A stretch of DNA of 64,000 bases from an uncultured archaeon. GTDB lineage: Archaea > Asgardarchaeota > Heimdallarchaeia > Heimdallarchaeales > Kariarchaeaceae. The stretch's first letter is position 1; every line of letters starts with the position of its first letter. The notes beneath the pieces are model-generated. The model saw only the letters and a program-made list of their open reading frames with translations. It made no database searches and was not told the DNA's origin. Below are positions 21,631 through 31,268 of this stretch, in pieces. Where the stretch lies: positions 1-64,000 of the forward strand of contig CAZYCQ010000007.1 of assembly GCA_964645535.1 (NCBI GenBank), given 5' to 3'. The translations under genes and the position numbers were made by a program.

Positions 21631-22914
21631 TCACAGCTCCGCACCCTCTTTCTCGCGACCACGCTCCTCAAAATAAATGTAAAAGGAAAGCACCAACGCA
21701 ATCAAGGCAAGAACCATGATCATCAGAAACGATGCAGAAAGACCTATGTTGTCCTTGATCCACCCAAATGCCAAGGGTGTCAGAAGTGAAAGAACCTGAC
21801 CCAAGGAAAATAACGCCCCAAACAACTTCCCACGCTGCTCCTTCTCCACACGATCCGCAAGCAATGCACTCCCTGCTGGAGAACCAACATAGTAAAACGC
21901 CAACAACAGAAAATAAAACGTACTGAACGAAACCAGATCCGCATAATCCGTCAAATACACCAACCCAACTGAAGCAAAAGCAGACCCCACCGAAGAAACA
22001 ACCAAGGCAACCCTAGGACGTGTCCGATCCGACAGAAAACCACCAACCAAGGTAAACATCGACGCAAAACCCAAAACCAAGGCTGTAGCAACCGTCGACT
22101 CATTCTTCGTCAAATGAAGATAATCCTCATACAACAAGGACGTAAATACTGATGCCGTCCGGAAAAAACTCGAACGCAATGAAATGAATAACAAAGGAAC
22201 CAAAACCAACCCTGAAAAAATGAACGAAATGTCAAAACTATGTGAAACAACATCTCCGTCCATCGTTACCATAACCTCTCCATCCGATCCCCTACGCCCA
22301 CTCCAGTTGGTTCGGTCAAACATCCCTGAAACATACCCCAGAATACCCAAGACAAAAAGAAATACCAACCCTCCAATCCCAATCACTCGAGCAACAACCT
22401 CCCAACCACCAACCAATAAACCCAATCCGGAAAACACTATCGGAGAGACCGCTGTCCCCCCCATCCCAATCGCCATATTCAAGGACAATGCCTTACCCTT
22501 GTCATCCTCAAACATCTCCGTTATTATCGCCAACACTGGTGGATGAAACGTAGATGCACCAACTCCCATCAAGGTAAAACCAAGATATAACTGCCAAACA
22601 GATACCGAAAAGGAAAGAAACAACCAAACCAATGACATCAAAAACAAACCTGACAAAATCAAAAAATAACGAAATGAACGAAAACGATCACTGAAAAAAC
22701 CAACCCCAACTGATAACGTCGTCATCACAACTATAAGGGATGTCCATAACAAACCAGCATCAGTATAACTCAACCCAAAATCACTACGAAAAAACAAAAT
22801 CAACGTAGGCAACATAAACATCAACAAATGATTCAACAAATGAAAACACAAAATCATAACATAGTCCTGACGACGAAGTGACATCAAATCCATACCACAA
22901 ACCAAATCAACCAT
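21631..22914 (-). CDS. MFS transporter
   Basis: GFFSDRFR and GGFLSDRTRPR motif A; about 12 TM; GASTFHPP. Confidence 0.85.
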   Translation of the reverse strand: MVDLVCGMDLMSLRRQDYVMILCFHLLNHLLMFMLPTLILFFRSDFGLSYTDAGLLWTSLIVVMTTLSVGVGFFSDRFRSFRYFLILSGLFLMSLVWLFLSFSVSVWQLYLGFTLMGVGASTFHPPVLAIITEMFEDDKGKALSLNMAIGMGGTAVSPIVFSGLGLLVGGWEVVARVIGIGGLVFLFVLGILGYVSGMFDRTNWSGRRGSDGEVMVTMDGDVVSHSFDISFIFSGLVLVPLLFISLRSSFFRTASVFTSLLYEDYLHLTKNESTVATALVLGFASMFTLVGGFLSDRTRPRVALVVSSVGSAFASVGLVYLTDYADLVSFSTFYFLLLAFYYVGSPAGSALLADRVEKEQRGKLFGALFSLGQVLSLLTPLAFGWIKDNIGLSASFLMIMVLALIALVLSFYIYFEERGREKEGAEL

Positions 22915-23386
22915 TTAATTAATATCCCCGTTCAACCCAAATCAAAATGAATAAATCAATAAGCAAGGTTTTTTCCCCAACAGACAAGGTGGAAACAGAA
23001 CCTACAAAATCCAACAACAATATGCCAATACATATATCACATAACCAAAAAATACCTCTTGAATAACCTCAACATCAAATAATAACCAATACACATCATT
23101 CATATCAAAATTAACTTAATCCCAAAAACAATCAATTACCCTATCAACCATTCAAGAAATATACTTCGAGCAAAAAAAATCCCAATTCAACATAAATACA
23201 CAATACATTCCACCTACCAAAAAAGATCCATCCATCTCCCTCAAAAAAATCCGCCAACTTACAACATCAAACACAAAAGCATCCTCCAAAAATTCAACAT
23301 CACAAAAACAACGTTAAACCCCCCCCCATTATCAACTACCTTCAGAACCTTAAAATATAGAAAAAAAACACTCAAACCCGAAGTTT

Positions 23387-23399
23387 CCGAAAATTATAA
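23387..23399 (+). promoter_or_regulatory. BRE+TATA promoter of the CAU tRNA
   Basis: CCGAAAA-TTATAA about 50 bp upstream of the mature tRNA 5' end. Confidence 0.6.
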
Positions 23400-23445
23400 T
23401 TACCCCAAAACATATCAAAAATTGCCGAAAGGAAAACAAAACATT

Positions 23446-23519
23446 GGGCCTATAACTCAGATGGTCAGAGTGGCGGGCTCATAACCTGCAAGTCCTGGGT
23501 TCAAATCCCAGTAGGCCCA
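23446..23519 (+). tRNA. tRNA with CAU anticodon, probably tRNA-Ile2 (agmatidine-modified) rather than Met
   Basis: Cloverleaf: GGGCCTA/TAGGCCC acceptor, ACTC/GAGT D stem, GCGGG-CTCATAA-CCTGC anticodon arm, CTGGG-TTCAAAT-CCCAG T arm, discriminator A; no intron, no encoded CCA. The GGGCC acceptor resembles archaeal Ile tRNAs. Confidence 0.9.
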
Positions 23520-23970
23520 TGTCCATTTTTCATTACTTTTTGGTATTGGAAATTGTTTGAAACATGACCTTTTCCACCGATCAAAATATAGTATCATTCT
23601 TCCAGCTTGTGGAATTTTCAGGAATTCATTGTATATTCCTATTTGCAATTTACTGATTTCTCATATCCCAAGGTAGAATTTGTTCATTGGTCTATCAGGA
23701 ATGATTTAATTCATATGGCAAATTGTTATACCCTTTCGAACATGATTGCCATTTTTCTTGTGGTAACTCCGATATTTCCTAAAATTTCATACAACCAACT
23801 AAACTCACGAAGCATCTCTTGTTTGGGGATTGAATCGATTACTCTTTCAACCATTTTTCGATATACTATTACAGGGTCAATTTCTTCCTTTGATTGGTCT
23901 ATTGACTTTCTTCATTTAATTGGTCGCTTATGCTACAAATTGGTTGATATGATTGAATGGATTTTTTTTT

Positions 23971-26523
23971 TTAATTTCTTGGTCCGAGCAACCTATCTCC
24001 ATTGTAATGGATCATATGGGTTGGAAGTTCAGCTATCCAAACCTCGGTTTCAAATGCAAGTTTATCGGCATATTTTTTGAAATCGGATAATGAGTTGAAA
24101 GCGGTGACAAAGATCAATTTTTCCTGAATATGGGCGAATATGGATATGAGTTGTTGACGTCGTTTTTCATCAATGGGCCCATGGGTGACGAAAGCTTCAA
24201 ACAAGAAAAGCCAATCTTTTTCTTGGTCATAGATGATTACATCCGGTAATTTGCTATGCACATCAATTTCAATACCGAGTTTTTTGCAGATTTTTTGATC
24301 CCAATACTTGTTTTTTCCTGTGTCATCTACAAAAACGACGATAGGCTTTTTGACAAAATTGGTCGCGGTGAATTTTTCGACTATATCCTTTTGAAGTTCG
24401 CTATGCTTTCCCTTTGAAATTTCTATGACGATAGGCTTTCCTTCGCTGTTGATCAAATTTACAGGCAACAAATTTCTGGGTCTTTTGTTTTGGGTCAATT
24501 TGGATTTGAATTCTATGAATTCCGCTGATTTTTTGTGCCATTCAGGAGTATTGAATGCCCTAATTGCGTTTAATGCTTGAGGAGTAAGCCTATAATTGTT
24601 GTAGCTACTGTTTATGGCTCGATCGGGCTTGTCTTCATTCTGAATGACCAGTCCTTGTTGGATAAAATGATGAAGGCATTTTCTCCTTATTTCCTCTCGA
24701 TCTTTGAAAATATAGTCGAATCGATTTTTGGCACGTTTAATAATGGAAAGAAAGTCATTTTTCTCGTTATTTATGGTATAGGGTTTTGAAGAAGCCAGAG
24801 CCCAATCTCGATGCTTAATTCCTGTCAAGGTCAGCAAGATTATTGCCGCTTTTTCATCTGTAATCTCATAGGTGATTTCTAGATCTTTTAAAATTCGGAT
24901 TGCATCGTTGACTAATTGATTTATTTCATGTTTTTTCAAACAATTCCAGGATGCGATTAGTTCATTTATACGTAACTGCTGATCTGGGGGAATTTCACCC
25001 AATTTTTCCAAGGTCATTGAATCCGGGAAGGGAAGGTATTTGAAATCAGTTGAATTTATTTGTGTACTTCCGTTAATGGCTCTGATGTAATTGTCGACAT
25101 AATTTGAATTCAGGTAATATAGGAGACCGAGGGCGAATTTTTTTGATTTTGCATTCAGGTCAATGAAATTGATTTTGTTGTCGAAAGTAATGTATTGGAT
25201 ATGGGGAAAATCTTCTTTGGTGATCAACGTACAGATTAGCCTAGTATTGTCCTCTTTGGTGGACATTCTCCGTATCAACAGATATGTTCCAACAGGGACA
25301 CGATACTTCGTGTAGTCTTTTTTCAAAAACTGTACCTTTTTTTTCAGGTTCTTTCTTGGAAAATTCAATTTTAGGGGGAAAATATGGTTTGCCAAGATCA
25401 GTGGATAGGCATCAATGGGCTGTTTGCCGAATTGCTCAAGCAAGTGGAAATGATGGTCGGATTGCGGATTGATCAACCATTTTCTGGTTCTATGTTGAAC
25501 CACCTGACCTGTAGAAACAGTTAGGAGGAGATCTTTAAGCGATTTTGAATTGGAGGGTCTTTTCAATAGGCTATCCACTTGCGATTTTGTTGATGGGATA
25601 CAGATGAGGGAGTCTTCTGGGAGAATCACATTTTCATATGGAATCTGCTCTTTGAATAGGGATTGGACCGAATGGTTGATGGAAATGGTTTCGACAATTA
25701 CGGATGTTGCCGTAATTTTTTTTTGGGTAAAGATTACAATGTTTTCTTGTAGCACTTGATCTTTGGAGAAAGCCTCATCTCGTTCCTCCACAACAAAAAT
25801 CTTGAGTAAGGCATTGTCTTTTAGGAATTTTTCCCGAAAGTCTTTAAAGTAAAACCCGTTGGTGAAACTTCTGGGCACAATTCCAATTAGATATCCGTTT
25901 TTGGAGAGGAGATTCTTGCACAAGCCCAGAAAGGCAGTATAAAGGTTGTTATGTCCGCCAGTTAATTTCTTGATTTTTTCTAATCGGGGGTGGTTATTTT
26001 TGATTTTTTTGTAAGGTGGGTTCAATATGATTGCTTCGAATTCGCCATTATCTGAGGTATCTTGCAAGTACGGTTCAAGTGACTTTTTTCTCTCAAGGAG
26101 GGCTATTGAAGAATCTACGAAGTCCTCAATGAAGATTGAAAAATTCAGTTGACAGTCATAATTTTCCTTCAAGTATTTTTTCAAGACCATAAGGGAATCT
26201 CTGAGGGGTTGTTCCAAAGTTTTGTCAATTTCATACGCAGTGGTCGCGATGGTACGACCTTTGTAAAAATCCGAAAATTTCTCAACACAGAAAATGATAA
26301 GAGAAACCAGAAGATTTCCCACTCCCGCTGCTGGATCAAGAAAGGATCTTGGGGGTGATTCAATGTTGCAATTATTGAGAATGAAATCGGTCAGCTTCCT
26401 AGGAGTAAAATATTGGCTATATTTTGACTTATAGGCTTGGGTTCTTGTTGAACTTATTTCCTCTGCCAAGGAATGAACATAATTGACCGGATTTATCTCC
26501 ACTAATGGTTCCAATCTTCTCAA
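23971..26523 (-). CDS. Fused restriction-modification protein: N6-adenine MTase plus BsuBI/PstI-family endonuclease
   Basis: FLDPAAGVG motif I and NPPY motif IV; C-terminal HSKLPDVIIYD..WLFLFEA..HGPID..AFETEVW..HMIHYNG.RLLGP matches the BsuBI/PstI C-terminal domain. Confidence 0.85.
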   Translation of the reverse strand: MRRLEPLVEINPVNYVHSLAEEISSTRTQAYKSKYSQYFTPRKLTDFILNNCNIESPPRSFLDPAAGVGNLLVSLIIFCVEKFSDFYKGRTIATTAYEIDKTLEQPLRDSLMVLKKYLKENYDCQLNFSIFIEDFVDSSIALLERKKSLEPYLQDTSDNGEFEAIILNPPYKKIKNNHPRLEKIKKLTGGHNNLYTAFLGLCKNLLSKNGYLIGIVPRSFTNGFYFKDFREKFLKDNALLKIFVVEERDEAFSKDQVLQENIVIFTQKKITATSVIVETISINHSVQSLFKEQIPYENVILPEDSLICIPSTKSQVDSLLKRPSNSKSLKDLLLTVSTGQVVQHRTRKWLINPQSDHHFHLLEQFGKQPIDAYPLILANHIFPLKLNFPRKNLKKKVQFLKKDYTKYRVPVGTYLLIRRMSTKEDNTRLICTLITKEDFPHIQYITFDNKINFIDLNAKSKKFALGLLYYLNSNYVDNYIRAINGSTQINSTDFKYLPFPDSMTLEKLGEIPPDQQLRINELIASWNCLKKHEINQLVNDAIRILKDLEITYEITDEKAAIILLTLTGIKHRDWALASSKPYTINNEKNDFLSIIKRAKNRFDYIFKDREEIRRKCLHHFIQQGLVIQNEDKPDRAINSSYNNYRLTPQALNAIRAFNTPEWHKKSAEFIEFKSKLTQNKRPRNLLPVNLINSEGKPIVIEISKGKHSELQKDIVEKFTATNFVKKPIVVFVDDTGKNKYWDQKICKKLGIEIDVHSKLPDVIIYDQEKDWLFLFEAFVTHGPIDEKRRQQLISIFAHIQEKLIFVTAFNSLSDFKKYADKLAFETEVWIAELPTHMIHYNGDRLLGPRN

Positions 26524-27028
26524 TCTTCTTTATTCCCCCTCCAATAAAAAGTCATACATCATCACAATAGTGGGTTTTCGAGGAAATTTGGTCGAATTCA
26601 TGGAAAAGGGAAACATCATGACGCTTGTACATTCGTCTGGCTTTGTTTTTTCAAGTTCAACATAAAACCGAATGTAGGAAGTAAACGTAATCCCTAGTTG
26701 GTTTTGATTGGCCAAAGTGAATGGTTGGTGAAGAGAGATGCCTCTTTTGGGCATTGAAGAAAGGCTTGTGCAATTTCGAGGTGAATGTGCAGTCTTCCTT
26801 TGATACGGTTGGTGAGTTTTCATTGAAATCTCTCTGTATCTGCAATGAATTAGCAAAATCATTTTGTCCTTTAAGGGGTGTAATTTGGTGGTTCTTTCCT
26901 TTTCTTTCATTGTGTGACCCTTATTTGCCGAATGAATTATCGTCTCATTCCTGTATTCTTGATATTGTTTTTCTCACAAATTTGGCAAATTCTCGAAAGT
27001 TTTATATGTTTTTTTTTCGTACCTTCTC

Positions 27029-28363
27029 ATGCGTGCTCGAAAACTCAGTGCACTCTTCATCTGCATGATGATAAGTTTCATCAACTTTTCTCCCATAGAG
27101 GGAAATATTGCAATGAACATTTCGGATATAGCCCATAAGAATGGTGTACCGGGACGAATCGTCACTTCAATCGATGGGTTGAGGGATTGCACGGATCCGG
27201 CACTCGTTAAGATGAAATGCGATGAGTGGTTACCGAATGCACCGTCAGACGGAGATTATGGCGGTATTACCGTATTCCTTGACGACGGGTTAAGCGTCAC
27301 TGATTGGCAGAACCTAGAAAGCGGCTTCTACGGGATGTCGATTGACATTATCGGATATCTAACTCCCGACGATCAAGGAAACATCCCCGATACGTTGATT
27401 GGTGGAGTTGGACAGGATTCACTTCAAGGCATTACTGATGCAGACCTTGGGTATCTTGATTCCGATTTTCATGCACTTGGTGTACTCAGTGCTTTCGGTA
27501 CAATTGCAAGGAATGCAAAGGTTCTTTTTGTAAATATTCGTGAAAAAACAGATTTACCAGAAAACACAGGATTTTTGCTTTATGATTCCAGAATGTGGGA
27601 ATGGATCAAGAACAATATCGGGCAATACAATATCAGGATTATTTCAACCTCGATCAATACAGGATATTTGTTAGCAAAAAACCAAACAAATACCGATCTA
27701 CTTACCGAAATTTATGAGCAGGGGGTATTCATGGTTGCTGCTATCGGAAATGATGCTTGGAATGATCCAAATAGGGGTCACTATTTTCCAAATTACCACC
27801 CTTACGTTTATTCAATTGGCTCTATTGACCATGAGATGCGAGGTAACTCTGATGATGAAGATTACTATTCGGTAGAAAACAGATATTCTGGGTTCAGCCA
27901 AGCATGTAGGGACGGGGAGAATAACTTTACCCTTTGTGCTTCATATGGTGATGAATGGGATGTTAATCCAGCAGAAGCTTTGGATTTTGTAATGCCTGGT
28001 AATGGTGTTCCTATTGCATTTGAACCGACAATCCAACAAGCGTTACTCGGACATGTCTTGGAGTTTGCATCGGGAACCAGCTATAGTGCCCCCTATCTTG
28101 CAGCGACAGCCTTGGTTGCAATTTATGGCTATTCACAGGCATATTATTCCGTGGCGGGAAGCTTTGCTTATCCCTCTGTCTCCATGATCTATGATTTCCT
28201 GAAGGAAAACGCCTATTCGCCAGAGGAGGGGCACCATCAACGATACGGGTGGGGAATGCCTCTAGTCTCTTTGGTTTACTCTGGCGCATATGCCAAAGGA
28301 CTTGCAGATGCCCCGCCTCCACCATCCGGAGGTGGAGGAGGAAGTGGTTGGTATTTCTATTGA
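27029..28363 (+). CDS. Secreted S8 (subtilisin-family) serine protease
   Basis: Signal peptide; catalytic Asp (VFLDDG), probable His (DFHALGV), oxyanion Asn (AAIGND), Ser (SGTSYSAP); YGWG near C-terminus. Confidence 0.8.
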   Translation: MRARKLSALFICMMISFINFSPIEGNIAMNISDIAHKNGVPGRIVTSIDGLRDCTDPALVKMKCDEWLPNAPSDGDYGGITVFLDDGLSVTDWQNLESGFYGMSIDIIGYLTPDDQGNIPDTLIGGVGQDSLQGITDADLGYLDSDFHALGVLSAFGTIARNAKVLFVNIREKTDLPENTGFLLYDSRMWEWIKNNIGQYNIRIISTSINTGYLLAKNQTNTDLLTEIYEQGVFMVAAIGNDAWNDPNRGHYFPNYHPYVYSIGSIDHEMRGNSDDEDYYSVENRYSGFSQACRDGENNFTLCASYGDEWDVNPAEALDFVMPGNGVPIAFEPTIQQALLGHVLEFASGTSYSAPYLAATALVAIYGYSQAYYSVAGSFAYPSVSMIYDFLKENAYSPEEGHHQRYGWGMPLVSLVYSGAYAKGLADAPPPPSGGGGGSGWYFY

Positions 28364-28373
28364 GGTGAAATGC

Positions 28374-28811
28374 ATGAGGGAAAAGGCATTTTTGGCCTGG
28401 GTATTCCTTACCCTTATTCTAGCCACACCTCCTGTAGCATATCATTATTCCATTCCCCAATCAAAAGGGGAGGTGATTCTGGATGAGACCCGTGCCGTCT
28501 CCGCAGGTGAGGTGGTCGTGTACAACCTAACAGAACCCCTCCTGCCAGCAATTATGGGCTGGCGAGTGGATGGATGGGCAACCGCAGTCTTGGCCACCGT
28601 TAAATCACTTGTAGGCAATCTGACATTATTTCAGGCTTGTTATTCGACCAGTTTGTCAGATCTTGAGCAGAACTATAGGGAACTTTGCGAAGGGACGCCA
28701 AAATCTATTGACACAAACTCTTTCAGAGACTATATTGGGGTTTCATACTTCATAGTGCTGGTGTTTGGCACGCCAGACATCTATCATATCCAGATCGTTT
28801 TTCAAAGATAA
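28374..28811 (+). CDS. Membrane-anchored small protein, paralog 1 of 3
   Basis: GAGGTGA SD directly after the S8 stop, ATG at 28374; N-terminal TM; EVILD, YNLT, TVKSLVGNL, two Cys, FGTPD. Confidence 0.75.
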   Translation: MREKAFLAWVFLTLILATPPVAYHYSIPQSKGEVILDETRAVSAGEVVVYNLTEPLLPAIMGWRVDGWATAVLATVKSLVGNLTLFQACYSTSLSDLEQNYRELCEGTPKSIDTNSFRDYIGVSYFIVLVFGTPDIYHIQIVFQR

Positions 28812-29315
28812 GTCCTCGAGTGCAGGTAGGAGATCAATCCCGTCCAAGAAAAATATTTGATTGTCCTATTCCATTTGACACCTAGTTTTTTAACGCCTCA
28901 CTTATTGACTTAGAATTCAAACCTATCTTGCCTTGTATTTTTCAGTAACAGATCTTGTTTCTTCATGACATTCTCCAATAAACCTGTTCAAATTTTGTGC
29001 AAACTGTATCGATTTACTGAAAGGATTTGTGGTAATGGATTTTTTTTGAGCAATGGGATGGTTATCAATATTTTTTTTTTGAAATATACTGGTCAAAAGA
29101 GACATACTGAAATCTAGAGGAAAGGTTGATGAGTAAGGGCTAGGTTATTGCCATTTCAAGTAGGTCTAAGAAATCAGTACCTCTAATTCCTGCAAAATGT
29201 TCTCGGTTTTTGGTCACCCATTTCAACGACTTCAAAAGACCAGTTGGAAGAGATGAGATACAATTCGCAGGGGTTGATGATTTCCCACATCAATTTAATT
29301 TCTGGAATTCGTCCG

Positions 29316-29747
29316 TTATTCTATTGGGGTAATTCGGATCTTAACCACGTCGGCCTGTCCGAATGTCAATACGAGATATTGGGAGACTGGAATTCGAAGG
29401 GTAAATGGAGTATTTGTTACAGGTGTTTTTCCGTAGCATATTCTCCAATACTTTTCCACGAGGTAAGTGTAGCCAAGTTTGCCGATCCAGCAGTTTCGGT
29501 AAATTGCCAAATCTGCATTGATTGATTTGATTGTGATTTGGAAGAATCTTGGTTGCTTGCATTGAAATTGATTGCATTGGCTCAATTTATTGGTTAAATT
29601 GAAGGGTACGACTGCTCCTTTCCACCTGATAATCAATTTTTCCATTGTATCTGTCCTATTGATTGTTGGGAGTGGAAAGAAGGAGAGCTGCAAGGCCAAA
29701 ATAGAGGATATCAGCATCCATGAGATGATTGCATCGGCTTTTTTCAT
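29316..29747 (-). CDS. Membrane-anchored small protein, paralog 2 of 3
   Basis: MKKADAIISWMLI.. anchor; FNLT, TIKSINADL..C, second Cys, FGQAD align with paralogs 1 and 3. Confidence 0.7.
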   Translation of the reverse strand: MKKADAIISWMLISSILALQLSFFPLPTINRTDTMEKLIIRWKGAVVPFNLTNKLSQCNQFQCKQPRFFQITIKSINADLAIYRNCWIGKLGYTYLVEKYWRICYGKTPVTNTPFTLRIPVSQYLVLTFGQADVVKIRITPIE

Positions 29748-29840
29748 GGGTGACGTATGCATTGGGTGGTTTATAAGTACACCTTGGATGTCTCCTTTTT
29801 CTTCTAAATCGTGCTTTTTGACTGGTGTTTCATGACTTTT

Positions 29841-30305
29841 TTAGTATCTTTGGACAAGGACAATGCGGATTCTGATGGTGTCTGGCATTCCAAACTCGAT
29901 GAAGATCAATTCCGAGGGATCAATGAGGTCGGTGAAAATTATTGTTTCGATTGTTGTCTGATCCCTGCATCTTTCTTTGAAGTTCTGTCTCAGGTCTGTT
30001 CGGTCATGCACAGAAAAGCAAGAGCTATGGATGGTCAAGTTGCCCATAAATGACTTTATGGTGACATGGAACAGGAACTGACGTCCACATCTGTGGGGTG
30101 CCCCGCAATATGCGTTCTTTATTAAGCCAGATGTCTGGTCAGTGAGGTTATAGACAATTCCCCAATTATTGAACCCCACTGCAGTGTTATCGAGAATTAC
30201 CTCTTTTACCTTTTTGTCAATGTCCGGCATGGGGAAATGGAATAGGGGCATTGCCAGAAAGAGTGTGAGGATCATCCAAGCGGAAACTGCTTTTTCTTTG
30301 TTCAT
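29841..30305 (-). CDS. Membrane-anchored small protein, paralog 3 of 3
   Basis: MNKEKAVSAWMILTLFLA anchor; EVILD, YNLT, TIKSFMGNL..C, second Cys, FGMPD. Confidence 0.75.
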   Translation of the reverse strand: MNKEKAVSAWMILTLFLAMPLFHFPMPDIDKKVKEVILDNTAVGFNNWGIVYNLTDQTSGLIKNAYCGAPHRCGRQFLFHVTIKSFMGNLTIHSSCFSVHDRTDLRQNFKERCRDQTTIETIIFTDLIDPSELIFIEFGMPDTIRIRIVLVQRY

Positions 30306-30428
30306 TTCAGGTATGCGCATGGGTTCAGTTGTTAATAAGTACACCTTCCCGTTTTGATTGTTTCCTTGTCACTTTGAATGTTCTCTGTTTCCGCAAAGTT
30401 TATTGTCTTATCAATCGAATCAACCATA

Positions 30429-31268
30429 ATGTCAAAACCCGATGCGGAAGGCGTAGTGTATCTAAATTCGAGGCACCGGGAGGCTGCACTTCGGCAGATG
30501 CAGGAGAAACCCCAACCGCAACCGCGCTTAGGGAGACGAGAAAGTGAACCGCATTCTCATAAGATCAATTATCTACATGATGTCTTGTCGACAAATTTTC
30601 CGGATGACCGCACGTTCTGGGATTTGCATCACTATTTTGATCTTGATGGTGATCCAGTCGACTTGCAATTCGACATCTCATACTTTCGTGGCTTGAAGTT
30701 TCCAGATCAGGTCTCCTCATTCCGATCGGATGATTTTGAGGGACTTGTTCCGACAATGGCGATCAACATCCTCTCCTCATCCACTTACAATTCAGATTTA
30801 GGGCTGACTGCCCAGACCTGTCAAGAATTGGGTATTCCTGTTTACGTCATATTCAGCGACCATATATTTAGGCCGAAAGCTGTGAAAGCACCTTTCCTGA
30901 AAATCATTTACAATGATGGTGGCAGGTATCAAATGGCGGAATTGCATGAGCCATGTTGTCGGAAAGGGGGTGAAATCGATCCATCCCACGTGTTGGACGT
31001 ACGTCCTGACCTGCTTCCCTTTAAATTTGGTATTATGGAGCTGGAAGTAAAATATTGGAAAAAGGGGAAGCGGTATCCGCTCTACCAATTGGTCTTAATT
31101 GACAGAGACACTGGTGAACCGTTGAAGACCAAGTCAGAACTTGCGATGGCAAGGGCTGAAGAGGCAGAAAGGAAAGCTGAAGAAGCAGAAAGGAAAGCTG
31201 AGGAAGAACGGCGAAAACGTCTCGAATTGGAGCAGGAACTAAAGATTCTAAAGGATTCTAAGGATTGA
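30429..31268 (+). CDS. Uma2-like PD-(D/E)xK nuclease-fold protein with coiled-coil tail
   Basis: QFDISYF..VPTMAINILSSST..DL..LGIPVYVIF resembles Uma2 PD..PDLVVEVLSPST..GIPEYW; AEEAERK tail. Confidence 0.7.
   Translation: MSKPDAEGVVYLNSRHREAALRQMQEKPQPQPRLGRRESEPHSHKINYLHDVLSTNFPDDRTFWDLHHYFDLDGDPVDLQFDISYFRGLKFPDQVSSFRSDDFEGLVPTMAINILSSSTYNSDLGLTAQTCQELGIPVYVIFSDHIFRPKAVKAPFLKIIYNDGGRYQMAELHEPCCRKGGEIDPSHVLDVRPDLLPFKFGIMELEVKYWKKGKRYPLYQLVLIDRDTGEPLKTKSELAMARAEEAERKAEEAERKAEEERRKRLELEQELKILKDSKD
31155..31208. repeat. 21-bp tandem repeat (AEEAERK heptads)
   Basis: GCTGAAGARGCAGAAAGGAAA twice plus a partial third copy. Confidence 0.85.

Noticed and set aside
22989-22996. GTGGAAAC as a partial ORB origin box
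   Set aside because: Single 8-nt match without the TCCA half or G-string; no repeated copies and no cdc6/orc gene in the window.
23607-24080. 157-aa + strand ORF after the tRNA
   Set aside because: Composition follows T-rich DNA, it overlaps the RM gene antisense, and it has no motif.
26530-26910. 126-aa ORF upstream of the RM gene as a controller protein
   Set aside because: No HTH pattern and unprotein-like composition; more likely debris.
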